Origin: Thermodesulfobacteriota bacterium
GTDB lineage: Bacteria > Desulfobacterota > Desulfovibrionia > Desulfovibrionales > Desulfonatronovibrionaceae
DNA length: 64,000 bases
NCBI GenBank assembly: GCA_051748085.1
Contig: JBNJHA010000003.1
Location: 8,227-72,226, forward strand
Reading direction: 5' to 3'
Each line of letters begins with the position of its first letter. Position 1 is the first letter of the stretch. A program made the translations under genes and the position numbers. Positions 19,469 through 31,188 of the stretch are shown piece by piece. The notes below the pieces were generated by a model. It was not told the origin of the DNA, searched no databases, and saw only the letters and a program-made list of their open reading frames with translations.

Positions 19469-20686
19469 TTAAATAAAAGCACTTAATACCGATTCAATGT
19501 TCTGGTTATGAATAGAGTATAATTTTCCAAGCTTTTTGAGCGGCAATCCGATTTTTTCCCAGTCCTCGTCCTGCATTCCCGGCAAAATAAATTTGCCGCC
19601 GTCGGAAATGGCCGCGGCATTGGCCATATTGTCAGCAAGTTGTACAATAGCCGCATTTTTGGGGTCGGCCGCATTAGCAGGCGTATGATGATTGGCGATT
19701 ATATCCGTCAACTGATCCGGCATCTGCCAGGTTTCAAACAGTTTCTGGCCCACCTGGGCATGGTTAAAACCCAGGATGGCTTCTTCGGCTTCTACCAGCG
19801 GGATGGTGTTTGTCCGGGCTTCCAAAAGAGCCTGTACCGAGGCGTAGGGCATGTTTTTAAATATTATTAGACGCCCGGCGTCGTGCAGCAAACCGGCGGA
19901 AAAGAATTTTTCCGCGGACATCCCTGCTTCGGAGGCAATCAATTTGGAAAATATAGCGCAACTGATTGAATGCTTCCAGAAAGTGCGCATATCGATGAGT
20001 TCCGGAGGGATATCTTTAAAGAAATTAACCGCTGAAATGCCAAGGGCCAGGGTTGATAATTCCTTGGCGCCAACCAGGGAAATGGCCCGGCTTATGGAGT
20101 CAATCTTAGTGGAAAAACCGTAGAAAGGACTGTTCACAAGCTGGAGAAGCTTGGCGGAAAGCCCGACATCGTTGGAGACAACCCGGGCTATGTCTTCCGC
20201 CGAACTTGTATCGTCGGCCAGTATTTCTTTTATTCGAAAGTAGATATCCGGGAAAGAAACCAGACTTGTTTCATGATCGACAATATCTTCGGGGTTGCCC
20301 TGTCCTTTGAAAAACAGATCGCGCATATGCTCAACGTTTTTTGCCCGCAATTCTTTGGAGCAGGGTAGGTTCCAGTCAGCGTGGGTAACGGAGAATGTGT
20401 TTTGCAGGGAAATGCGATACAATTCATTGAAAAGTTCACTTTCCGGATTGACGTACAGAAAAAAATTAAAGACGTATTCGTCGCAACGGCGCAGTAAATC
20501 CTCCTTGTCCTGGTTCGGCCCCATGGAGTTGATAAATACATATCCGGTGTCCAACTCCTGAATCAGGTCAATATCTTTTTCGGCAAGGGCATGTCCCTTG
20601 GGTAGTAAGACGCTTCCGTCAAAACCAGGTATGTCTTTGGCCAGAATCATTTCCGGCTGAAGATGCTCGGTACAGACTTTATGCAC
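19469..20686 (-). CDS. HDOD domain signalling protein
   Basis: LLQLVNSPFYGFSTKIDSISRAISLVG and GLLHDAGRL are HDOD signatures. About 130 aa of N-terminal extension is uncharacterised. Confidence 0.8.
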   Translation of the reverse strand: MHKVCTEHLQPEMILAKDIPGFDGSVLLPKGHALAEKDIDLIQELDTGYVFINSMGPNQDKEDLLRRCDEYVFNFFLYVNPESELFNELYRISLQNTFSVTHADWNLPCSKELRAKNVEHMRDLFFKGQGNPEDIVDHETSLVSFPDIYFRIKEILADDTSSAEDIARVVSNDVGLSAKLLQLVNSPFYGFSTKIDSISRAISLVGAKELSTLALGISAVNFFKDIPPELIDMRTFWKHSISCAIFSKLIASEAGMSAEKFFSAGLLHDAGRLIIFKNMPYASVQALLEARTNTIPLVEAEEAILGFNHAQVGQKLFETWQMPDQLTDIIANHHTPANAADPKNAAIVQLADNMANAAAISDGGKFILPGMQDEDWEKIGLPLKKLGKLYSIHNQNIESVLSAFI

Positions 20687-20721
20687 AATTGCCCTCCATT
20701 TCGAGCTTTTATCCAGAGCGT

Positions 20722-21600
20722 TTATTGCGCCTTTTGATACATTATCCCGCCGGGCTTTGAAAGCGGCCTGAACAGGCGGGAATATTTATGCAGGCTTTCG
20801 GAATGACCGATAATCAGGTAGCCATCAGTTAATATATTGTCATAAAACTGATTTATGACCTGTTGCTTCATATCGTCATCAAAATATATTATTACGTTGC
20901 GGCAGAAAATAATATGTGATTTAGTTAATCTCTTTACGGACGTGTTGTCCTTTAGATTCATTATCCGAAAGTCTATCGGTTTTTGTATTTTCGGATGTAC
21001 TTTATATCCTTCGGCCTCTTTGGTGAAATATTTGGATATTATCTGCTTCGGTGTATTGCGCAACGAGTAATCCGTATAGATACCTCTTTTGGCTTTGGAG
21101 ATCATGGCCGGCGAAAGGTCATTGGCCACAATGTTTATTTTCCAGCCGATTACGGACATGCCCAGAAATTCATGGAGAAGGATGGAAATGGTGTAGGCCT
21201 CCTCACCCGATGAGCAGCCGGCACACCAGATATTCAGTTGTTTTCGGCCGGCTTTGGTTTGGCTGTCGATGACGTTTTTCAAGGCAAAGGTTTTAAATAC
21301 ACCCAGTTGTTTGATGTCACGGAAGAAACTGGTCTCGTTCGTGGTGATTTTTTCAAACAGGAAATCCAGTTCCTTGTTTTTATCCCTGGATCCTTTGAGA
21401 TATTTATAATAATCACCGAAACTGCGTAAATTTAAAGTTTTTAAGCGTGCCCCCAACCGGTTTTCCAAAAGATATTTCCGCCGCGCAGGGATATCTATCC
21501 CGCTTAATTCGTAAATCAAGGCCCTGAGATCTGAAAATTCTTTTTCGGACAGGGGAGGTGCCTTGCGCAGACTAAGTGATTTGGATGTGAGAAGTGACAT
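20722..21600 (-). CDS. cheR: chemotaxis protein methyltransferase CheR
   Basis: TTNETSFFRD, IWCAGCSSGEEAYTISI and IFCRNVIIYFD are present. Confidence 0.9.
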   Translation of the reverse strand: MSLLTSKSLSLRKAPPLSEKEFSDLRALIYELSGIDIPARRKYLLENRLGARLKTLNLRSFGDYYKYLKGSRDKNKELDFLFEKITTNETSFFRDIKQLGVFKTFALKNVIDSQTKAGRKQLNIWCAGCSSGEEAYTISILLHEFLGMSVIGWKINIVANDLSPAMISKAKRGIYTDYSLRNTPKQIISKYFTKEAEGYKVHPKIQKPIDFRIMNLKDNTSVKRLTKSHIIFCRNVIIYFDDDMKQQVINQFYDNILTDGYLIIGHSESLHKYSRLFRPLSKPGGIMYQKAQ

Positions 21601-22063
21601 GTTTTTATCCGCAGTTTAATTAAACGATTAAGTTCAACAATCTCAATATAGCATATTTTGCTTGCATTTATTTTTCCCGTCAAGACCAAATTAGATAAGT
21701 CTGGATAAGATTTTGTTCCCGGATATTATTCTTTAAGCGGCAATCGAACAGGAGTGTATTCAGTTCTCGACAGGAAATGTGGAACGCTCCAGGTGAAAAC
21801 TGTTAAAAGTGTATTCATATCCAAATTAAAACTATGGACAATCATTTTCCTTTTGTCAATTCAAACTGGAAAAGTATATATTTAATTATTGGTTAAAGTA
21901 AATATGGATGCTTTTTTAAATCATTCCCAGCTATTTCTGATCCGTTTTGCTTTCTTTTTCACACATTTGAAGGTTTTTGCTTGTATTATTCAATGATTTT
22001 CCCTAGCTTTTCCGAGCGATATTATTTTATTAACTGTAATTTTTCATCAGGCTAAGCAAAATT

Positions 22064-22957
22064 ATGAAAGAGCGCTGGCTGGCAATTGCCGGACTTATCA
22101 TAACCATGTTTTTGTGGGGCAGTTCCTTTGCCGCTTTTAAGATCGCGTATGTCACGTTTACCCCCCTGTGCGCCGTGTTTTTTCGTCTGGTTTTTGCCAC
22201 GCTGGCTTTTGGTTTTCTGTGGACAAGAGTTAAACATGCCGGGTATAAACGCGGGGATTGGAAGTGGCTGCTTTTGATGGCCTTTTTTGAGCCGTGCCTG
22301 TATTTTGTTTTCGAGGGCTATGCGCTTAATCTGACCACGGCCTCGCAAGCGGGTATGATTTCCGCGGTGTTTCCGCTGCTGGTGGCTTTACTAGCCAGGG
22401 GGATCCTTGGAGAGAAATTGACTTTAAGGACCGTGACTGGATTCGTGACGGCTATTCTGGGAGTGGTCTGGATCAGTGTCGAGAGTAGTTCCAGCGCATC
22501 GGCTCCAAATCCGGTTGCCGGGAATATTCTCGAATTTATGGCCATGCTTTGCGCAGCCGGGTATACTATTGTGGCCCGAAAACTAGGCGCAAACTACCAT
22601 CCTTTATTTCTGGCCTGTGTACAATCCGTTGTCGGCTCTGTTTTTTTCGGAATTCTCTTTTTTTGTTCTTCGGAAACCTTGCCGACTGATTTTTACCTGC
22701 CGGCGGTAATAAGTGTTATTTATTTGGGCGTAGTGGTGACATTGGTTGGTTATACTCTTTTCAACTACGGCGTGAGTATAATTCCGGCTGGTCAGGCCTC
22801 GGTTTTTATAAATCTTATTCCGGTCTTTGCGGTTTTTTTGGGTTGGCTTTTTCTGGGGGAAACTTTTAATTCTAAACAGCTTATGGGTGCCGGTTTGGTG
22901 TTTCTGGGAGTTGTTGGCAGTCAATGGCGTTCCTCTGCCTGCAAGAGCGGACCGTAA
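22064..22957 (+). CDS. DMT-superfamily transporter (EamA type)
   Basis: 297 aa with about 10 TM segments and duplicated EamA-like halves. Confidence 0.85.
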   Translation: MKERWLAIAGLIITMFLWGSSFAAFKIAYVTFTPLCAVFFRLVFATLAFGFLWTRVKHAGYKRGDWKWLLLMAFFEPCLYFVFEGYALNLTTASQAGMISAVFPLLVALLARGILGEKLTLRTVTGFVTAILGVVWISVESSSSASAPNPVAGNILEFMAMLCAAGYTIVARKLGANYHPLFLACVQSVVGSVFFGILFFCSSETLPTDFYLPAVISVIYLGVVVTLVGYTLFNYGVSIIPAGQASVFINLIPVFAVFLGWLFLGETFNSKQLMGAGLVFLGVVGSQWRSSACKSGP

Positions 22958-22987
22958 ACGGCAATTATCCCCAGCTATAAGGAAGTC

Positions 22988-23434
22988 ATGATGGATTTTT
23001 TGTATCTTTTTCTGGCGCTTGGCGCCGGACTTTTGATGCCGGTCCAGGCCGGGGTTAACGCCCAGTTGAGTGAACATGTCGGAGGATCCCTGACGGCAGC
23101 CCTGATTTCATTCGTGATCGGCACGACAGCTCTGCTTGCAACCAGTTTTTTGCTGCGTCTGCCCATGCCCGGCATTGCCGCGGCGGCATCCATTCCTCTC
23201 TGGAAATGGTGTGGGGGCTTTCTCGGGGCGCTGTTCGTGACCGCGACCATTTTTCTGGCTCCCAAACTGGGAGCGGTAACTCTTCTGGCGCTTCTGGTCA
23301 GCGGGCAAATGGTGGCCTCCCTTATTCTGGACCATTTTGGATGGCTGGGATATCCGATTCATTCAGTTTCCATGCCGCGTGTCATGGGGGTATTATTTTT
23401 GCTGGCCGGCGTAATTCTGATTCAGAAATTTTAA
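22988..23434 (+). CDS. small DMT-family membrane protein (DUF606/YdcZ-like)
   Basis: 148 aa with 4-5 TM segments. The N-terminus is GAGLLMPVQAGVNAQL. Confidence 0.7.
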   Translation: MMDFLYLFLALGAGLLMPVQAGVNAQLSEHVGGSLTAALISFVIGTTALLATSFLLRLPMPGIAAAASIPLWKWCGGFLGALFVTATIFLAPKLGAVTLLALLVSGQMVASLILDHFGWLGYPIHSVSMPRVMGVLFLLAGVILIQKF

Positions 23435-23714
23435 ATATTACTCCGGATGATTATAAGCAATATTCACCCCCGACAGCAGGACGGCGTTTATCCGTCTTTC
23501 AAACCGGAGTATATTTTTGCTCGCATTGCCAACCTTTCTGCATCTTCAACCCGACCCGGGGTTTTTCAGCAATTATTTTTTAAATCGATATAAATCCGCA
23601 ACTGAGTCAAAATGTTTAAACTGCTGGATAAAGGCGTTTAAAATGAACCCTGCGGATGGCGGAGGGTAATGGATTGTGCATGAATGCATTTTTTGCTAGA
23701 GGTAAAGAAAATAC

Positions 23715-23755
23715 GTATCTGTTCGCCAAATTTTTTATGCGCTGTGAACAGTTAC
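23715..23755 (+). repeat. REP-like imperfect palindrome, full copy
   Basis: The sequence is GTATCTGTTCGC-N17-GTGAACAGTTAC. It carries the same T:T mismatch at stem position 4 and has the spacer CAAATTTTTTATGCGCT. Confidence 0.7.
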
Positions 23756-23857
23756 GATTTTTATGCAAAATTCCGGATGGATGAATAATTGTTTTAGTGT
23801 TCGAAAATGAGCATATCCAGGGAAATTCATAACAAAGTAATATGCCGGGAGTTAGTT

Positions 23858-25108
23858 ATGAGCGGAATAATCGATCTGGCCCGAAATGCAAAGCAGGCGG
23901 GCAAGGATGTGGCCCAGGCCGGAGACCGGGAAAAAAATGCCTTTCTGGTCCGGTTGGCTGATATTTTGCGTAATGAACAGGAAAAAATAATAAAATCCAA
24001 TGCAAAAGATCTTGCAGCAGCTGAAGACGCAGGGCTTGACGCCGCGCGATTAGACCGTTTGCGTATTACCGGGAAAACTATAGAGGATATGGCTGTTTCC
24101 TGCGAAGAGGTGGCTGCTCTTAAAGACCCGGTGGGGGAAATCGAACGGATGAACAGGCTGTCAAACGGGCTGCAGGTGGGACGTATGAGAATTCCCCTGG
24201 GAGTCGTAGCGATTATATATGAATCGCGGCCAAACGTTACAATAGATGCTGCTATTTTGTGCCTAAAGGCCGGGAATGCAGTGGTTTTGCGTGGCGGTTC
24301 CGAAGCCTTTGAATCCAATAAATGCCTGGCGGGTATCCTTGGACGGGCGTTAAACGATTCCGGACTAAACGGAGATGCCGTGGCTTTCATCCCGACTACG
24401 GATCGAAAGGCGGTGCAGGAAATGCTGAGTCTTGATCAATATATTGACGTGGTCATCCCGCGTGGAGGCGAAGGATTGATTCGAACGGTTGTAGAGCAGG
24501 CAACCATGCCGGTTCTAAAACATTACAAGGGTGTCTGTCATATTTACGTGCACAATGATGCGGATCTAAATATGGCCCTGGAGATAGTCAGAAATGCCAA
24601 AGTGCAGCGTCCCGGTGTATGCAATGCCTTGGAATGTCTTCTGGTGCACAAGGACATTGCACCCGAATTCCTGCCCAGGCTGAAGGAATATTTGAAAAAG
24701 GACAACGTTGTTTATAAGGCCTGTGCCGCTTCGTTGCCTTATTTGGGGGAGACGGCTTTCCCGGCGGAAAACAGTGATTGGGGACGGGAATTTCTTGCCT
24801 TGCAAATGGCCGTGCGCATTGTCGAATCCCAAAAGCAGGCCAGCGACCATATTTATGATTATGGCTCGAATCATTCCGAGGCGATCGTAACCAATGACTA
24901 CTCCAGAGCAATGCGTTTTGTGCGGGAAATAGATGCTTCCGCGGTTCTGGTCAATGCGTCGACCCGGTTCAATGACGGGGGGCAGTTCGGGTTGGGAGCG
25001 GAAATCGGGATATCCACCTCAAAAATACATGCCTACGGCCCGATGGGGGTGCACGAATTGACAAGTTCTAAATTTGTCGCTTTCGGCCAGGGACAGACGC
25101 GTGACTGA
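23858..25108 (+). CDS. proA: glutamate-5-semialdehyde dehydrogenase
   Basis: I moved the start to MSGIIDLARNAK. IYESRPNVT, VLRGGSEA, NALECLLVH and NASTRFNDGGQFG are present. Confidence 0.95.
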   Translation: MSGIIDLARNAKQAGKDVAQAGDREKNAFLVRLADILRNEQEKIIKSNAKDLAAAEDAGLDAARLDRLRITGKTIEDMAVSCEEVAALKDPVGEIERMNRLSNGLQVGRMRIPLGVVAIIYESRPNVTIDAAILCLKAGNAVVLRGGSEAFESNKCLAGILGRALNDSGLNGDAVAFIPTTDRKAVQEMLSLDQYIDVVIPRGGEGLIRTVVEQATMPVLKHYKGVCHIYVHNDADLNMALEIVRNAKVQRPGVCNALECLLVHKDIAPEFLPRLKEYLKKDNVVYKACAASLPYLGETAFPAENSDWGREFLALQMAVRIVESQKQASDHIYDYGSNHSEAIVTNDYSRAMRFVREIDASAVLVNASTRFNDGGQFGLGAEIGISTSKIHAYGPMGVHELTSSKFVAFGQGQTRD

Positions 25109-25273
25109 CCGTGCGGCCTGTACCATTTGAAAAAGGACGGGCCTGTGTTTTGGATTTATGCAGGGGTATTTCCGTTGTTGACAATTTCAACCGACCGATA
25201 TCTATTCAAAAGTCCAAAGAGTTTAGCATGGAAGTTGTTTCCCGGCTGTCAGTCTGGGTAGCTTAGCGTGATC

Positions 25274-26350
25274 ATGAACAAAGAAAAACGGAATTCCAGG
25301 CACAAGGGTAAGTGGATCAAGAAGCTTTCCCGGGAAATATACCAGTGGAGATTCAGGCACAGAATGTTTTTTCCCGTGATCAGCGGCGGGATATTTCTGA
25401 GTCTGGTTTTTATTTTTGGATTGTATATTTTTGTTTTCGTTGAGGGCTGGGGCTGGCTGGACAGTTTTTATCAGGTGGTGATTACCCTGTCCACTGTCGG
25501 TTTTACGGAAGTAAGACCTCTTAGTGAAACGGGCAGGATGCTTACTTCCATTCTTATTCTTCTTGGAGTCGGCAGTTTTGCTTATCTGGTAGGTTCCTTT
25601 ACTCAGGTTATTGTTGAGGGTCATTTGAGAAATTTTATCGGGAGACGCAGGGTGCAAAAGATTATAGGTTCGCTGGAAGATCATTTTATAATCTGCGGGT
25701 TCGGCCGCATTGGATCAGTAGTGGCCGGGGAGATAAAAAAAGAGGGTTTTTCAGTAGTTGTCGTGGAAAACAATCCGGAAATAATTCAACAATTGGAATC
25801 CGAAGGGCATTTATTTATTGAGGGGGACGCGACTTCTGATCAGGTTTTGCTTTCGGCCAACCTGATGAATGCCCGGGCCCTTATCACCACGCTTAACCAG
25901 GAATCCAAAAATGTTTATGTGACTCTCACCGCCCGGCAACTTTCCCCGGAAATTACATTGATTGCCCGCGCGGAGCGGGAAGATTCAATCAAAAAGCTTA
26001 AGTTCGCCGGAGCAGACCGGGTGCTTACCCCGCATATAATCGGCGGCATGCGCATGGCTCAGATTGTTTTACGGCCTACCGTAACCGATTTTCTGGAATT
26101 GGCCATGCAGGGCAAGAACCTCGATTTGTTAATGGAAGAGCTGGAAATAACCCCCGGTTCGTTTTTGGTCGGTAAGGATCTTATTCAGTCTGATATTCGC
26201 CCCAAGTATAACCTGATTATCATTGCAATTAAAAATAAAGACGGAGATATGAATTTTAATCCCCAGCCCCGAACTGTGCTTGACTCCGGAGATACACTTA
26301 TCGCCGTGGGCAAGCAGGATAACCTGGAAAGACTGCGTGAGATTTTGTAA
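25274..26350 (+). CDS. RCK/TrkA-domain cation channel with a non-canonical selectivity filter
   Basis: It has 2 TM segments plus a pore loop TLSTVGFTEV, a TrkA-N domain (IICGFGRIGS) and a TrkA-C domain. I used the ATG at 25274; a GTG at 25268 is also possible. Confidence 0.85.
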   Translation: MNKEKRNSRHKGKWIKKLSREIYQWRFRHRMFFPVISGGIFLSLVFIFGLYIFVFVEGWGWLDSFYQVVITLSTVGFTEVRPLSETGRMLTSILILLGVGSFAYLVGSFTQVIVEGHLRNFIGRRRVQKIIGSLEDHFIICGFGRIGSVVAGEIKKEGFSVVVVENNPEIIQQLESEGHLFIEGDATSDQVLLSANLMNARALITTLNQESKNVYVTLTARQLSPEITLIARAEREDSIKKLKFAGADRVLTPHIIGGMRMAQIVLRPTVTDFLELAMQGKNLDLLMEELEITPGSFLVGKDLIQSDIRPKYNLIIIAIKNKDGDMNFNPQPRTVLDSGDTLIAVGKQDNLERLREIL

Positions 26351-28408
<2,058 letters not shown>

Positions 28409-28427
28409 ATTTTCATAAGGAGGATGT

Positions 28428-29210
28428 ATGCCAACTTCTGTAATAGTTACCGGAGCAAACGGCAGGATGGGGACGACAATCGCGGAACTGACAAAGGCCG
28501 ATGCCGATCTTGAACTTTTGGCTGTAATCGAACGTCCGGGCTTTGAACAGGATTTGGATAGATTCGGGGCCGAGGTGTTTACCGATGTAAAAAAAGCCCT
28601 GAAAAATAATTCCGGGGCCATCGTGGTTGATTTTACCTCGCCGGATGCGAGTATGGAATTGGTTCAAAATTGTGATACATTTTCTTGTGGAGCGGTTTTG
28701 GGCACAACCGGCTTTTCCGCCTCGCAAGTCAAAGAGCTGGAAAAGGTCGCCGCAAGCACTTCGCTTTTCTGGGCACCGAATATGAGTGTCGGCATAAATA
28801 CGCTGCTTAAGATTTTACCTGAATTAACCCAGTTGCTGGGAGAGAAGTATGATGTGGAAATATCTGAAACCCATCACAAACATAAAAAAGACGCTCCGAG
28901 CGGAACCGCCCTTAAACTTGCCGAGGTGCTGGCCGAGGCCAGAAATATGAATATGGACGAACACGGGAAGTTTTGCAGACACGGAATGATCGGAGAGAGA
29001 AAACAGGATGAGCTTGGGGTGCAAACCCTGCGCGGCGGTGATGTTGTTGGTGATCATACCGTCTTTTATTTTGGGCCGGGCGAAAGAATAGAAGTCACCC
29101 ATAGGGCGCATTCCCGCGAGACTTTTGCTCAGGGAGCTTTAAGGGCCGCCAAGTGGCTGTCTTCGCAGCAGCCCGGTCGTTTGTATTCCATGTCTGATTT
29201 ATTAACCTAA
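28428..29210 (+). CDS. dapB: 4-hydroxy-tetrahydrodipicolinate reductase
   Basis: VTGANGRMG and ETHHKHKKDAPSGTA are present. Confidence 0.95.
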   Translation: MPTSVIVTGANGRMGTTIAELTKADADLELLAVIERPGFEQDLDRFGAEVFTDVKKALKNNSGAIVVDFTSPDASMELVQNCDTFSCGAVLGTTGFSASQVKELEKVAASTSLFWAPNMSVGINTLLKILPELTQLLGEKYDVEISETHHKHKKDAPSGTALKLAEVLAEARNMNMDEHGKFCRHGMIGERKQDELGVQTLRGGDVVGDHTVFYFGPGERIEVTHRAHSRETFAQGALRAAKWLSSQQPGRLYSMSDLLT

Positions 29211-29213
29211 GCT

Positions 29214-30131
29214 ATGTCCGATTTTGTAAGCGATATAACAAAAAGCGTAAGCCGGATCGTTTTGGGCAAAGAGGAAGAGATCAGACTGGCTTTGACCTGC
29301 CTTTTTGCCGGGGGCCATCTGCTTATCGAAGATTTACCAGGGATAGGCAAAACCACTATGGCTTATGCCCTGGCCCGGGTTCTTGGACTTGATTTCAACC
29401 GGATACAGTTTACTAATGACTTATTGCCCGGGGATATTCTCGGTGTGGGAGTCTATGAACAAAAAAACGCGCAATTTGTTTTTCATCCCGGCCCGGTATT
29501 CACTCATATTCTTTTGGCCGATGAAATAAATCGGGCCACTCCCAAGACGCAAAGCGCCCTTCTGGAAGCCATGGAAGAAGGACAGGTAAGTGTCGAAGGT
29601 CAAACCAGAAAGCTTAAAGAACCTTTTTTTGTGATTGCCACTCAGAATCCGCAAGAACAGGCGGGCACTTTTCCGCTGCCGGAATCACAAATGGACCGTT
29701 TTCTGATGCGGATTACAATAGGCTATCCTGACTATGACGCCGAGCGCGAACTTTTAAGGGCCGGGCGGATGAAAGAAAAAGCGGAAGTTCTCTCTTCGAT
29801 TCTTTCCGCGGACAAGGTTTTGCGGGTGCAGAATGAAATTTCCGGCATTAAGGCTACGGAGGCCTTGCTCGCGTATATTCAGGATATTCTGGATTTCAGC
29901 AGACAACATGACAGAATCATTACCGGCCTTTCACCCCGGGCCGGGTTGAATTTACTGCAGGCGGCACGCTCGCGCGCTTTTATGGAAGACAGGGCCTATG
30001 TCCTGCCCGAAGATGTGCAACGCGTATTCGTTCCGGTAGCCGGGCATCGCCTGCGCGATGCTCAGAGTCGGCGTGAATTCAATAAAAGCCAGTTGACGGA
30101 ATTTCTTAAGCAAATACCTGTGCCTGTATGA
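29214..30131 (+). CDS. MoxR-family AAA+ ATPase
   Basis: Walker A is DLPGIGKT and Walker B is LLADEINRA. ATQNP is also present. Confidence 0.9.
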   Translation: MSDFVSDITKSVSRIVLGKEEEIRLALTCLFAGGHLLIEDLPGIGKTTMAYALARVLGLDFNRIQFTNDLLPGDILGVGVYEQKNAQFVFHPGPVFTHILLADEINRATPKTQSALLEAMEEGQVSVEGQTRKLKEPFFVIATQNPQEQAGTFPLPESQMDRFLMRITIGYPDYDAERELLRAGRMKEKAEVLSSILSADKVLRVQNEISGIKATEALLAYIQDILDFSRQHDRIITGLSPRAGLNLLQAARSRAFMEDRAYVLPEDVQRVFVPVAGHRLRDAQSRREFNKSQLTEFLKQIPVPV

Positions 30132-31081
30132 ACAAGCGGTTTGCTCCGGATAAATTGAAATTTTTATTCAAAGGTTCAGCCCCTGTAAATCTTCCTTACG
30201 CGATTCCAGCTAAGTATTGTTTTATCCTGCCCACGCGTTTTGGACTGATTTTCGCGGCCGTGCTTGTTGCCGTTCTGATAGCGGCCATTAATTATAATAA
30301 TAATCTGGCCTTTGCCCTGGGTTTTATCCTCATATCCATGGGTCTGGTTTCTGCCGTCCACACGCATGCCCAACTAAAGAATCTTCAGTTGACTTCTGTT
30401 AAATCCGAGCCGGTTTTTGCCGGAGAGACGCTGGTGTATTCTCTTGTTCTTAGGCCCGCGGGACGAAACAGGTGTAAAGTTTGTATCCGGCCACGGGAAA
30501 GCACCAAAGGTGATAATCTGGATGTTGCCTTGAAAGCGGATGAGGAAAAAACGGTGCGGGTTATGTACCACGCGGCACACAGAGGATCGCTGATCATGCC
30601 CGAATTGATCTTCAGTTCGGACTATCCTTTCGGTATCTTCAGGACCTGGCATCGTGTCAGGCTGAATCAGCATACACTTATATACCCGGCTAAATATCAG
30701 CCGCGGCAAGATGTCCTTGCCTGTTTTGCAAAAGCCATGAGTGCCGGAGGGGTTGCCAACCGGGATGAATTTTCCGGATTGCGCGAATATGTGCCGGGAG
30801 ACCGCAGGCAGGTAATTGCCTGGAAAGCTTCGGCCAAGGGTCTCGGGTTGCGCAGCAAGGAATTTTCCGGAGACAGCGGACAGATTCTGCAGTTTCTTTG
30901 GCCGGATTTACCGCCAGACGATCCGGAAAACAAGATTAGCCTGCTTACTTCCCTGATTTTGGAGGCCGAATCACGCGGCAGCTTATATGAAATCGTCCTT
31001 CCGGATAAACAGCTTGGACCGGGACGGGGCATGGATTTTATGTTTTATTGCCTGCGTGATCTTGCTTTTTATCCCTTTTGA
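30128..31081 (+). CDS. DUF58-family protein
   Basis: It has an N-terminal TM pair and REYVPGDRRQVIAWKASAK. It overlaps the MoxR stop by 4 nt. Confidence 0.8.
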   Translation: MNKRFAPDKLKFLFKGSAPVNLPYAIPAKYCFILPTRFGLIFAAVLVAVLIAAINYNNNLAFALGFILISMGLVSAVHTHAQLKNLQLTSVKSEPVFAGETLVYSLVLRPAGRNRCKVCIRPRESTKGDNLDVALKADEEKTVRVMYHAAHRGSLIMPELIFSSDYPFGIFRTWHRVRLNQHTLIYPAKYQPRQDVLACFAKAMSAGGVANRDEFSGLREYVPGDRRQVIAWKASAKGLGLRSKEFSGDSGQILQFLWPDLPPDDPENKISLLTSLILEAESRGSLYEIVLPDKQLGPGRGMDFMFYCLRDLAFYPF

Positions 31082-31188
31082 AGATGCGCCTGCAGAAAAT
31101 AAGTTTTTGCAGCTGCGTCTTTGCAGCGGTGAGTATTTATAGGTTGCACGCGAAAAATTATTCTCTTCGCAGGAGAGCCTAATATAAT

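Noticed and set aside
21601-21640. Sigma-28 -10-like GCGGATAA on the minus strand upstream of cheR
   Set aside because: It ends only about 5 nt from the cheR ATG, and the -35 position reads TTAA rather than TAAA. It cannot serve as a promoter for that start codon.
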